Assembly (NCBI RefSeq): GCF_963921235.1
Contig: NC_086097.1
Span: 209,314,001 to 209,378,000 of the forward strand
From: Mobula hypostoma
Lineage: Eukaryota
Direction of reading: 5' to 3'
DNA length: 64,000 bases
Shown here: positions 1 to 11,314 of the stretch, one piece after another
Layout of the letters: each line of letters starts with the position of its first letter
Position numbering within the stretch: position 1 is the stretch's first letter
The notes under the pieces: generated by a model
Told to the model about the DNA's origin: nothing
Seen by the model: only the letters and a program-made list of their open reading frames with translations
Database searches by the model: none
Program-made: the position numbers and the translations under genes

Positions 1-1660
1 ATTGCTGTGGATGCTCATTCGAAGTGGCTGGAGGTTATACCAATGAAATCAACCACCTCAGCAAAGACTGTCTCCATTCTGAGGATTATCTTCACCAGAA
101 ATCACTTACCAAAACAAATCGTGGGTGACAACGGACCACAATGCACATCAGAAGAATTTCATGAAGAAAAAATGCATCAAACATTTCCATGCAGCTCCTC
201 ACTACCCAGCAATTAATGAGTTAGTTGAAAGGTTTATTTAAACCTTCAGGAAGTCCATTAAAGTGATGGACAAGGAGGACATTCCTCTGCAGCACAAGGT
301 GGATGACTTCCTTTGTGAATCGGCACTCTGTTTGTGTGATGACAAATCAAACACCTTCAATATTATTCATGAACAGGAATCTGAGAAATTGCATAGACCT
401 CTTGAAACGAGACATCCTGAGGGAAGTGCTGAATAAACAGTTCAGCCAGCTCTCAAGTGAAGCAGCAAAGAGCTTTGAGATTGGATAGGAAGTTCCAGTG
501 TGTGATTACTGAGAAGGCAAGTGGACACCCAGCAGGATAGCTACAAGAACTGGACCACTGATGTACACATCAGTGATGTTGGAGATCAGACATGAAGTCA
601 TTATGTGGACCAAGTACTGGATACTCAACTGAAGAACACACCTAAGTCAACTGCATCCAACAAGATATACACATAACATTCATCGGCCCCACCTCTCAGT
701 GTTGATGTCACTGACAGCAATGTGACCCTGGAAACGGAGAACGTTGTCCTAGACAAGAGACCTACCAAACCTGATGCCACTCCACAAGTGCAGAGGCGCT
801 ATCCTAAAAGAAACAGAGCACCACCCAAAAGATTAAAACTTTAGAACTGTGAAGTTAGTTATAGACTGATATTGTAAAAGCATGTATATCTGGAACATGG
901 GTTTATAAAAGGGAAACTGAATACTTTGTACACATGCAGTTTATGTTGAATTAATCTAAAGGGGGAAGAAATGTAATGTACAGATCTATGTATAGAGCAA
1001 TGACCCACACTCAGGTTGGAGGAACAACATCTGGGTAGCCTCCAACCTGATGGCATGAACATTGATTTCTCGAACTTCTGGTAATGCCCCCAATTCACCA
1101 TTCCCCATCTCCTTTTCCCTCTCTCACTTTATCTCCTTGCCTGCCCATTGCCTCCCTCTGGTGCTCCCCCCCCCCCTTTTCTTTATTCCATGATCTTCCG
1201 CCCTCTCTGAAAAGACACCCCCATCTCCAGCCCTGTATCTCTTTCACCAATCAACTTTCCAGCTCTTTGCCTCATCCCTGCTGCTCCCAGTTTCACCTAT
1301 CACCTTGTGTTTTTCTCTCCCCCCCCCCCCCACCAGCTTTTAAATTTACTCCTCCTCTTTCTTCCACCAGTTCTGCCGAAGAGTTTCGGACCGAAATATC
1401 AACTGTACTTTTTTCCATAGACGCTGCCTGGCCTGCTGAGTTCCTCCAGCATTTTGTGTGTGTTGTTTGGATTTTCAGCATCTGCAGATTTTCTCTTGTT
1501 CTCTCCTGTTTGTGATTGCATATTGATCTGTTGTCTGCACATGCGCTGTTGTCTCTACTGAGCAAAGTTCTCTCTTGCTCATTGCAATGACAATACACCA
1601 GTTAGAGCCATCTCCCATGTATGTGCTTTTATTTCATATATATGTAGATGTGCACAAACA
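1..1660 (+). mobile_element. Decayed Gypsy/Ty3 LTR retrotransposon 3' end: integrase remnant, polypurine tract and interrupted 3' LTR
   Basis: The frame from base 1 reads IAVDAHSKWLEVIPMKSTTS..LPKQIVGDNGPQCTSEEF, an rve integrase D..D core, with frameshifts and stops downstream. A purine tract AAAGGGGGAAGAAA (958-971) directly precedes TGTAAT (972). The putative LTR resumes after the Penelope insert and ends in ..AACA near 1660. Confidence 0.8.
1003..1500 (+). mobile_element. Penelope-like element 3' fragment (GIY-YIG C-terminus plus pseudo-LTR) inserted in the Gypsy LTR
   Basis: Encodes LRLEEQHL..GSLQPDGMNIDFSNFW*, followed by a pyrimidine-rich tract, a degenerate hammerhead motif (1368-1405) and the GCTGCCTGGCCTGCTGAGTTCCTCCAGC tail also found at 39400-39480. 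Confidence 0.8.
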
Positions 1661-1840
1661 GAATAGATTCGAAGTTCAAAACATTTCCATGAACTGAAAG
1701 ATTTAGAAACCCAACTAAGGCTTCCCCCAGAAACCTAAACCTAGTTATATTTTAGAAAATCATCTCTCGACATAAGTTCTGTGAAAATATCACACATAGC
1801 ATCACAAGAAACCATTGAAAAGGTTGCTGTACTTACCAAC

Positions 1841-2735
1841 CAGCTTAAAATGGCACTGATGAGACACAGTGATGACTTACTGGGAAGAAACAAAACTACT
1901 AACTGTTCAATTAATCACACTTTTGGTGGAATTCGATCACTACAATCAATAGCCTGTAACTTCCCTTTCGGGGTTGAGCTTTTGAACTTCTAGAATGACC
2001 TGACATTTTTGCAGTATAAAGTGAATTCTCAAAGGTGCAGGATGGTTTCGGTGTGACATGTATTGGCTGAATCAAGGCAGCAAGTCTCGGGCCCGAAATT
2101 GAGATATGAGCCAGTGGTTGGCCATTACTGGAGTAAACTTGGAGCCAACTCGAAGCAGCAGGTCCTAGGTGATACAGAGTCGAGGTACCGGGGAGCAAGG
2201 AACAAGCTGATGCTTGACCAATTTAAGTACCAGGCTAATTTGGAAAGGTCAGGTACAGGCCGAATCAGGGCAGCGGGGCCCAGGCATGAGAGAGTATCAA
2301 AGTGAGAAGGCCCCAGTCTGAGAGCAAGGAACGAGCCGAGGTTTGACCGATTTAAACGCTAGGCCAAATTGATAAGGTCAGGATGTCGAGGCCAGAGGCG
2401 AGGGATGGGCTGGTGTTCAGCTCACTGCTCCATGAAGTTTACACATCTCTGTGCTGAACTGACTCTGTGGCCTGCAATTAACAGGCTCCTGGATTGGTTG
2501 CAGTGATTAGTTGGCTTTGTGGCTGTGAACTCACTTTTGTGAATTTAGTTCTGAATGTTATTTGCCCACTTTCTGGTGTTTGCATGATTTCTTTATCTTT
2601 TCATGTTGAGTGTTTAATGGTGTTTTTTTAATATGTCCTATTGTGTTTCTTTGTTTTGTGGCTACCTGTAAGGAGACAAATCTTAAGGGTGTCTATAGTT
2701 ATATACGTACTTTGATAATAATGCACTTTAACTTC
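1841..2735 (+). mobile_element. Bipartite non-autonomous LINE derivative, copy 1 of 3
   Basis: Homologous end to end with 34112-34839 and 56203-57070. Starts AA(A/G)ATGGC(A/G)C and ends in a TTTGATAATA..CTTT(G)AACTT tail like those of Rex1-type copies in the window. No RT ORF. Confidence 0.7.
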
Positions 2736-2904
2736 AAGATTCAGCTACCAATTATTAGGTATTCCTCACTGCTGCTGAATACTCAGTCTACTTTCATGAG
2801 TAAGTTCCAAGACACCAGAAAGGTCTATGGATCCTGTTAAATTTACATAATTATGTTGAAAACTCTTTCTGAAAAAAAGGTTGAAATAAGCAGACTTCCA
2901 TCTT

Positions 2905-3835
2905 TTGGGCATATTGTTCACTTGTATCTTGATGCATTCAGATGAAGTGCAGATGTTAGCGGGTTAGAGTTGTCCTCTAGGTGTGTTGCGTTTAGCTTCC
3001 ATCCATTCCTGTTCCAAGCAAACACACATCCAAACAAACAAAAATTCAGTCCACAATACGCTTCCATTCATTATGCAGCATTCAAAACTTCCTGCCAAGT
3101 TCTTAATAATACTCAGAAAGAAATAAAACTCAGGTTCCAAGCATTTGGTTGATTGAGAAGAAGGAATCTGCATTTGAAGACCTCAGCCCTGGCACAGACA
3201 CATGGTCTGCAGGGAGCCGTGATCCTGACTCTGCAGGATGCTTCTGAAAACTTGACTACTAAAAGAGGCATCTCGAGGCACTGGAAAAATACCACCAATG
3301 GAACCTCCACAAAATCCTACAAATTCACCGTAAAGACAAGCATACCAATGTCAATATCCTGTTCTAGGTAAACATTTTCAGCATCGAGGTACTAAGTACA
3401 CTCAGTTGGTTATGTTGGGCTGGCCATATCCTTCGCATGCCAAACAACAGACTCCTGAAGCTATAATTCCATTTCAGACTGTATCATAGGATAAAGTTAC
3501 CAGGTAGACAGAGGGAAAGGTTTAAGAATATGTGCTCAAAACTTCTTTAAAGAAGGAGAATATTCCCACAGACTCCTGGGAATCTCTGGCCCATGATTTC
3601 AAAAGTGGACAAGGAGCATTGGGATGGTGTTGAAAATTTGAGGATATGGAAAAGGAGCACACAGAAGATTTGCATATATGGCACAAGGAGCAGACAACCT
3701 CACAAGCTGCTTCCATGCCTGATCTGTGACAGGGTCTGCAGTTCCTCTCTTGGCTTTATTCAAGCGAACAAAATCAGAGTGGAAGTACGTCATCCTCAGT
3801 CCTGATGAACTACCAAAGAAGAAGAACAACAAAGG
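2905..3835 (+). mobile_element. Decayed RTE-clade LINE 3' portion
   Basis: Degenerate LCWAGHILRMPNNRLLK and PGRQRERFK motifs, typical of the RTE ORF C-terminus, and a (GAA)n-like tail near 3817-3830. Confidence 0.7.
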
Positions 3836-4335
3836 TGCAATACTTGAATTTCACAAAATGAGTCTGCTTTGTACTCAATTTCATAATGTTCGGAAGAACA
3901 ATGTTTAATTTGTTTTAGTTGTATCAAGAGGCCTTGACTCTTTATTCAGAGAGATGAGTTTGAGTCCAACAAAGATGGCATTGGTTGGAATAAAACAAGT
4001 GAATCTGTAATGGCAGCCAGGAGACTATCTGATAATGGAAAAACTCATTGGCTCACTACTGTTCTTGAGAAAGCAAATGGGCATCCTGAGCAAGAATTGT
4101 CTATATGTGACTCCCTCTCCCCCTAATTTGATAGATTTAATGGCCATGGAAATAGCCAAGCAAGCTGCTCATTTCTAGGATAATTAGGTACATTAAACAA
4201 ATCCCAGATACAGTAATGCAGTTACATATTTTATGTTGAAATCTGCTGCTTAATATTCTGTTTGTGGAAAACACTTGGTGTCTTGCTTCCAAATAATGAA
4301 ATTAAGTGTTTATCTATTTGCTTTTTAAAATGCAG

Positions 4336-4499
4336 GAGATGGCTGGGAAGTGATAGTCACCACTGGAAATTTCCAACATGCTGGCACTGACGCTTCCATC
4401 TTCATGTATATGTATGGGGACAGAGGAACATCAGGCCCAATTACGTTAGGCACTGGAAAGCAACAGCTATTCAAACCCAAAAGCACAGATATATTTAAG
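4336..4499 (+). CDS. RP1: Host gene exon A, N-terminal half of PLAT/LH2 domain 1 (RP1 long PLAT isoform / LOXHD1-like)
   Basis: Boundaries tgcAG|GAGAT...TTTAAG|GTatca; 164 nt; phase 1 in, phase 0 out. Encodes DGWEVIVTTGNFQHAGTDASIFMYMYGDRGTSGPITLGTGKQQLFKPKSTDIFK, with the PLAT TG..AGTDA..G motif. The RP1 symbol is from recalled similarity and is less certain than the exon call. Confidence 0.9.
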
Positions 4500-5788
4500 G
4501 TATCAAGGAAGACATAGTGTACATTATATGTAGTTATGAAAATATAAACATAATTTAATGAAATCATAAATATAAAGTGAAAAGAATTAAAAATTACAAA
4601 AATGTTGGTAAATTATAAAATATGGAGAAAGTGAGAAAATACTCCAGATAAAGGAGCAACAAAAATTTTTTAAAAAGTATAAAATGCTTGATGCAGGAAT
4701 TCATAAAATTAAAGATATACTGTATATGTACATTTTTTAAAAAGTACAATGCAAATATAAGATTTTATGTCAAAATGATGTCTATGAAGCTTTTATAACA
4801 ATTAGCCGCAGTTATCAACGTAAATGCAGCAAAGTTGTTTGCCTAATAACATTGTTCTTTTCTCTAACATACTATACATTAATGGGCATTGATGATACTG
4901 ATTGAAACTGTAGTTGTGTAAGCAATATTGGAGCCTGCCTTATGTAAATACTCCAACGTTAAAGTGAAAACTCATAGGGGTAAAATAAGTCTGGCCTTCA
5001 TCAGAGTTGATTATATGCTGGAAGCACAGTTACAAACTGAGTTAATCTATCAGAAATTTAGTCCTCAAAGGAATGATAAAGCAAAATCTTTTTATACCCT
5101 GCCATTGATCCTGAAGTTAATATCAAAAATAATCAGTATATCTTTCTTTGTCATTGTAAATGTTTATTTTAATACAGATTGATAACATTAGTCATACATG
5201 CTTCAGAGAAAAACAATTGCTTGCAGTAATTCTAGAAGAATAGAGCTAGATTTAGAGGGTAACTGTGTAACAGGTGATGTTCCTGAAAATTTAGAGGATT
5301 GCAATTTGAATGCTGGTAGTTAAGATAATATTAGCTTTATTTAATAGATATTTACAACTCCTTATTGAGAAAAACAGTGTGCTTTGTTGTTTCACAATCT
5401 TACCACTTCAGTGCTTTATTACATAATGTTTTTGAGAACAGAAAACTTAGGGAAAACTAAGTAGTGATTTATTCAGATAATAAAAGAAAATCAAATATTT
5501 AAGAGAGGGAGATGACATGTTTTGAAAGCAATAAAAAGAGGGATCAAAGAATGTATTGGAACTGTGGCAAGAGGGCATTAGATGAGATTATTTTTTTCTC
5601 TGCTGAAATTATACATTTTTTTAATATATTATACAGTACAACATTAAAAAGGAAACTTAATGAGCACATTACCAGGACTGGAATATATTCCATGCACACA
5701 GATAACTGGACTTGAATTGCTTTCTTTATAACTAAGGAAGCTGCAGGAAGTGTTTAAATTATGAGGAGTTTTCAAGTAGTGCCTCAGG

Positions 5789-6258
5789 AAAACTATCAAC
5801 AACCAGGGTCTGATTTCAGGAACCTGCTATCCTTAGTAAGGCTATCAACGACCAGGGTCTGATTTCAGGAACCTGCTATCCTTAGTAAAACTATCAACAA
5901 CCAGGGTCTGTTTCAGGAACCTGCTATGCTTAGTAAAACTGTCAACAACCAGGGTCTGATTTCAGGAACCTGCTATCCTTAGTAAAGCTATCAACAACCA
6001 GGGTCTGATTTCAGGAACCTGCTATCCTTAGTAAAACTATCAACAACCAGGGTCTGATTTCAGGAACCTGCTATCCTTAGTAAAACTATCAACAACCAGG
6101 GTCTGATGTCAGGAACCTGCTATCCTTAGCAAAACTATCAACAACCAGGGTCTGATGTCAGGAACCTGCTATCCTTAGTAAAACTATCAACAACCAGGGT
6201 CTGATGTCAGGAACCTGCTATCCTTAGTAAAACTATCAACAACCAGGGTCTGATTTCA
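5789..6258. repeat. 49-bp minisatellite, 9 full units plus a partial unit
   Basis: Unit AAAACTATCAACAACCAGGGTCTGATTTCAGGAACCTGCTATCCTTAGT repeated head to tail with few substitutions, one 1-bp deletion and no spacers. Confidence 0.97.
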
Positions 6259-6536
6259 CTGCCTGAAAAGAGTGGTGGAGGCGGAAACAGTCCATGCATT
6301 TAAAAAGTAACCTGTATGAGCATGTAGTGTAACCGTAGCCTATGGACTGATGTCATTAAGTGGGATTATCCCAAATATTTCTTTTTGACTGGCATTAGTA
6401 ATGTTTTGCAAGTTAGTTACACACGGGTACGTAATTATCCACCATGCGCGCACAAAATATTTAGTCGAAAATTAACAACTTCAGTGACTCAAGGAAATGA
6501 ATGTATGCAAATGTCCTATGTCTAGAAAATCCTTGT

Positions 6537-6777
6537 AAAACATAGAAACATAGAAAACCTACAGCACAATACAGGCCCTTCAGCCCACAAAGCTGTGCCA
6601 AACATGTCCCTACCTTAGAACTACCTAGGCTTTACACATAGCCCTCTATTTTTCTAAGCTCCATGTAACCATCCAGGAGTCTCTTAAAAGACCCTATCGT
6701 TTCCATCTCCACCACCACCACCGGCAGCCCATTCCACGCACTCACCACTCTCTGTGTAAAAAATTTACCCCTGACAT
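6537..6777 (-). mobile_element. CR1 LINE 3' end
   Basis: VRGKFFTQRVVSAWNGLP..SFKRLLDGYM C-terminus and (TTCTATGT)n tail. Confidence 0.92.
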
Positions 6778-7545
6778 TCAAAAATAGTGAGGAACGTAAT
6801 TCAAAATGTCGAGCAAAGATCATATTCACTGGAAAAAAGACATATATAGTCCCTGAGCAACAATGTCCGGCAAGCTATGGTAGTTTCCAGGCGGTGTACA
6901 GACATACGCAAGCCAGCCTGTCATTCCGCCGCAGGGCAGCACTGACACAAGAGGCCAGGCTCCAGCTGAGCTCAACCACGCTGTAGCACTTCCTCATCTC
7001 TCACCTGGTCTGCAGCAGCAGGCCAGCCTGAGGCCTGAGGCCTAGTTCTCACTACGGCTGAGGCTATACACTCCCATGGTGATTGTACCTCCACCAGACA
7101 AGGGTAACAGGCCTGGCCTGTGGCAACTTACATTATCACTGTCCAAAAGAGTCTTGTGATCACGTGAAATGTCCAGACAATTTCCCATGGTTATACTGCA
7201 CCAACTTCGATGCTTTCCAGTAGCAGGCAGCTACATACCCTGCAGCCAGGTCAGCTCCTCTGAATCCAAACTGGCTCCTCTGACACATCGGTGGGCTCCT
7301 CCAATATCCCGACCAGCTCCTTTAACACTTTGGCCAACCCCTTTGACATTTCAGCCGACCCCTTTGACACCTCGGCCGGCTCTGTTGCCGACAGCAGTCC
7401 AGCTATTCTAATCAACAAGCAGCTTACTGATGGAGTAGCCCTGCAGTACCCGATGTTCTAGGAGTAGAATTATCTTTGGGTTGTAAAAAACAAATTTTAC
7501 AAAGAAATAAAGCACCTCTTGCACGTGCCACAATCTTACCGGATG
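6778..7545 (-). mobile_element. Probable non-autonomous LINE-derived repeat with short internal repeats
   Basis: GC-richer block containing degenerate short repeats (GCTCCT.../CCTTTGACA, 7250-7400) and no coding motif. Family not identified. Confidence 0.35.
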
Positions 7546-9710
7546 TCGCAGAAAATAGTTCATAATGCATATGGAACCTCACAGGGACTATGGATTGAGA
7601 GTTTGATCAGTGGAATTCTGTGGGTCAAAAATGTATTCCATGGACTGTAATGTCCTAAATGGTTCCCAACCTTCCAAGAAAGTAGAGAAGGAGGCAATTG
7701 CAGACAAGATCTGTATTCACATCAAGATTCAACCATCTGCACCTTGGCATTCTGGTTCGGCAGCAAGGTCTGGGTGATGATTGGCCCGTGGATGGCATTG
7801 TTTGGAGGACCTACCCTCAGAATGAGGCTGCTGGACTTAAATGCAATGTAAAGCTAAGGGTGCATCTTTGTCCTCAGTCAAAACTGTCGTTAGGTTTAAT
7901 ATTGGCAGTGGGGCAGAATATGGGGTGCTGGAAAGTTCAGATATCCCCTTTAAGTGGGGGGTAAGTCCTCTTGTTCAGCGCTGTTGGCGCTTTGGTTTTT
8001 TTGTGTTTTTTTTATTTACTTGTTGCTGCTCAGCTGATCTTAAGTTGGGTTTCTTCTCCTCTGGAGTCAAATGATTGGTATGAAGGGTTATGACTAGTAA
8101 TATATTAAAATTGTGCACTTGGAACATTATGGGGAGTCATTCACCAAGCAAGAGAAAGAAAATCCTACTAAACCTGAAAAAGGAAAGGGTGGACATAGTC
8201 TTATTGCAGGAGATGCATTTAAATGATAAAGAACATCTGTAACAGAGTGGATTTGATCAAGTCTGTTTTTCATCTTTTAATACCAGGAGTAGGAGGATAG
8301 CCATTTTAATTAGGAAGAACTTACCTTTTAAGTTATTAGACTGCATTAAGGATAGGTATGGGAGATTTGTGATTGTTAAGGCTTCAATATATGGAAAGGA
8401 ATATGGTATTCTCAACGTTTACTGCCCACTAGCCTCATCCTCTCAAATTCCTAACAGATGCTTTTTCCAAACTTACAAGCTTTTCAATACAAAATATTAT
8501 TGTAGGTGTGGATTTTCATTGTCTCCTGGACCTGTTGATGGACAGAGTGCCAAGTGGTCCCCATTGCTCTCCTCACAGTCCAAACAAATCATGGGCTTAT
8601 GTGGAGAACTAGGACTTGTGGAGGTCTGGCGGTTGTTACATCCCTCAGACAAAGACTTCACATTTTTTTCTAATCCACACAAGTGTTGTACCAGAATAGA
8701 CTTTTTTCTAACCCCCAAAACGCCCCTAGATATAGTTGTACCCTGCACAATTGGAAATATCACTAGTTCTGACCATGCAGCAGTATATTTAAATATTAAG
8801 CCCAAAGATAATTCAGCACAATCTAGACATTGGAGGCTGAATCCTTTTATTCTAAGGGATAATAAATTTATAGACTACTTTACTTCCGAATTCAAAACTT
8901 TCCTATCTATTAATTCCAAATCAGCTCGTAGTCAATCGATGCTCTGGGAAACCGCTAAGGCCTATGCAAGGGGATTAATTATCTCCTACTCTGCTAGTAA
9001 GAAGCGACAAGCTGCAGAACAGCAGCGCCTAGTGGAAGCAAAGCTTGTGGCAGCTGAAAAGGGTTATATTAATAAGCCTTCTTCAGCCAAGTTACAGAAT
9101 ATCACAGCCCTACGCTGTACACTAAACTCTTTACTTACACAAGCAGCCAAAATAAAACTGACATTTGCTAAACAATGATTGTTTGAACATGGTGAAAAAC
9201 CAGTTAGGTATTTGACTTATTTAGCTAGAAAGAAAAATGCCTCTCAGACTATTGCTTCAATGAAGGATGGGACAGGAGCCCTCACTAGTAATTCTAAAAT
9301 GATTAATGTTGTGTTTAAGAATTTTTATTCTATATTGTATCAAGCTGAGCAATGTAATGATGGACAATCTAGGATGGAGTCCTTTTTCAGGAATTTAGAT
9401 CTCCTAGGCATTTCTTCTGAACAGGAGTCCCTCCTCAATGCTCCATTATCTATACATGAGATACAGGAAGCTGTGAGACAACTCCAAAGGGGGAAGACTT
9501 GGTCCTGATGGACTCTCTAGTGAATTCTATAAAGAGTTCACAGGGTTATTATCAGAGCCTATGCTAAAGATTTTCAATCATGCATTTAATTGTGGTCTCC
9601 TTGCACCATCATTGAGAGAACCTAATATCTCCCTAATTCTTAAGAAAGGAAAGAGCCCTGAAGATTGTGCCTCCTACAGGCCTATTTCTTTGTTAAATGT
9701 TGACTTTAAA

Positions 9711-10031
9711 ATCTTCCCCCAAGCCATCAGACTCCTCAATACCCGGAACCTGGCTTGACACCAACCTACTATACCCTTTACTGTGCCTACTATCTTGTTT
9801 ATTATTTATTATTATTTATTGTAGTGCCCACTCTGTTTTGTGCACTTTATACAGTCCTGGATTGGTCTGTAGTCTAGTGTAGTTTTTGTGCTTTTTCTTA
9901 TGTAGTTCAGTGTAGTTTTTGTATTGTTTCATGTAGCCCCATGGTCCTGGAAAACATTGTCTCATTTTTACTATGTTCTGTACCAGCAGTTTTGGTTGAA
10001 ATGACAATAAAAAATGACTTGACTTGACTTC
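9711..10031 (+). mobile_element. Rex1/Babar-type LINE 3' end inserted in the L1/Tx1 RT region
   Basis: FPQAIRLLN C-terminus, T-rich 3' UTR, AATAAA and (GACTT)n tail. It splits the host motif VDFKI|LSKTL. Confidence 0.85.
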
Positions 10032-11314
10032 ACTTATCTAAAACCTTAGTGTCGCGATTAGAAACTGTGTTACCTTTTATCATAAAAGAGGATCAAATGG
10101 GTTTTGTAAAAGGCCGTAGATCATCTAACAATATAAGAAGGTTACTTAATGTGATTCAGGCATGTCAGCAACAGGCAGTGTTTGGTGGTTTCATTAGATA
10201 CAGAAAAGGCCTTTGATTGTGTCCAATGGCCGTATCTTTTTTAACTTTAGAACAAATTGGTTTGGGTAATAATTTTGTTAAGTGGGTGAAGGTTCTTTAT
10301 AATAACCCTTTGGCTGCGATTCTCACTAATGGTATTAGGTTGGATAATTTTAGTATTCTGAGGAGCAGCCCGCAGGGCTGCCCTTTATCACCACTATTTT
10401 TCACACTAGTGATTGAACCATTGGCTGAGGCTATTCGGTGAGATCCCAAAATATCTGCTGCAGACATAGGGCTAAAGTCACATAAAATTACATTGTATGT
10501 GGATGATGTTCTAATTTTCTTATCAAACCCTGCTAAATCAGTGCACCACCTCATACAATGCATCAATTCATTAAACACCTTTTCAGGTTATAAAATCAAC
10601 TTTACTAAATCAGAGGTGATGCCTCTGGGGAATCTGCAGCAGGTACCTGACACTCAGGGTGTTTTCTCCTTTAAATGGTCGCAGACAGGTTTTGTTTACT
10701 TAGGCATATTTATCACACCTACATTTGATCAATTGTTCAAAGCTAACTTTACACAGTTATTTAACAAAATCAAACAGGATCTTGAGCGATGGAGCACTCT
10801 TCCCATTTCTTGGCTTGGCTGAGTATTCTTGCTCAAAATGAACATTCTTCTTCATCTGCTCTACCCAATATGAATGATTCCAGTTATTTTTACCCAACAA
10901 ATACTTTAAAAAAATAAATGGCTGGTTTGTTTGTTTCATCTAGAACAAAAAAAGACCCTGTATTAAAATGTATAAGTTACAGCTTCCCAGTGGTCTAAGG
11001 GGTCTGGATTTTCCAGACATCAAAAAATAACATGTGGTTTGCAGGGACCCCTCCTCAATTTGGCTAGACATTGAAGCTTCACAAGCAAAATGCCCTCTTA
11101 TTAATTTGCTTTTCCTCAATAAGATGAAACTAGTTAAGGAATATTCTCACAATCCAATAACAATTAATACAATCAGGGCTTGAAGGGCAGTGTGACAAAT
11201 TGAGGGCAACGCAGCAAAAATATTACTCTTCACTCCAATAACCGGCAGTCCAGATTTTCAGCCAGGCATAATGGATTCTGGATTTAAACTTTGGATTTCT
11301 AAGTGTATTTTCAT

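Noticed and set aside
1084..1598. ORFs containing FSIDAAWPAEFLQHFV / HTKCWRNSAGQAAS peptides, recurring at 16977, 39239, 39916 and 62236
   Set aside because: These are translations of the non-coding Penelope tail, not a protein family.
3796..3830. CAGTCCTGATGA resembling a hammerhead core
   Set aside because: No stem II or GAAAC-NUH follows; it is the 3' end of the RTE relic.
5789..6258. Regular repeat array resembling a CRISPR array
   Set aside because: Units are contiguous with no unique spacers, there are no cas genes, and the context is a vertebrate intron.
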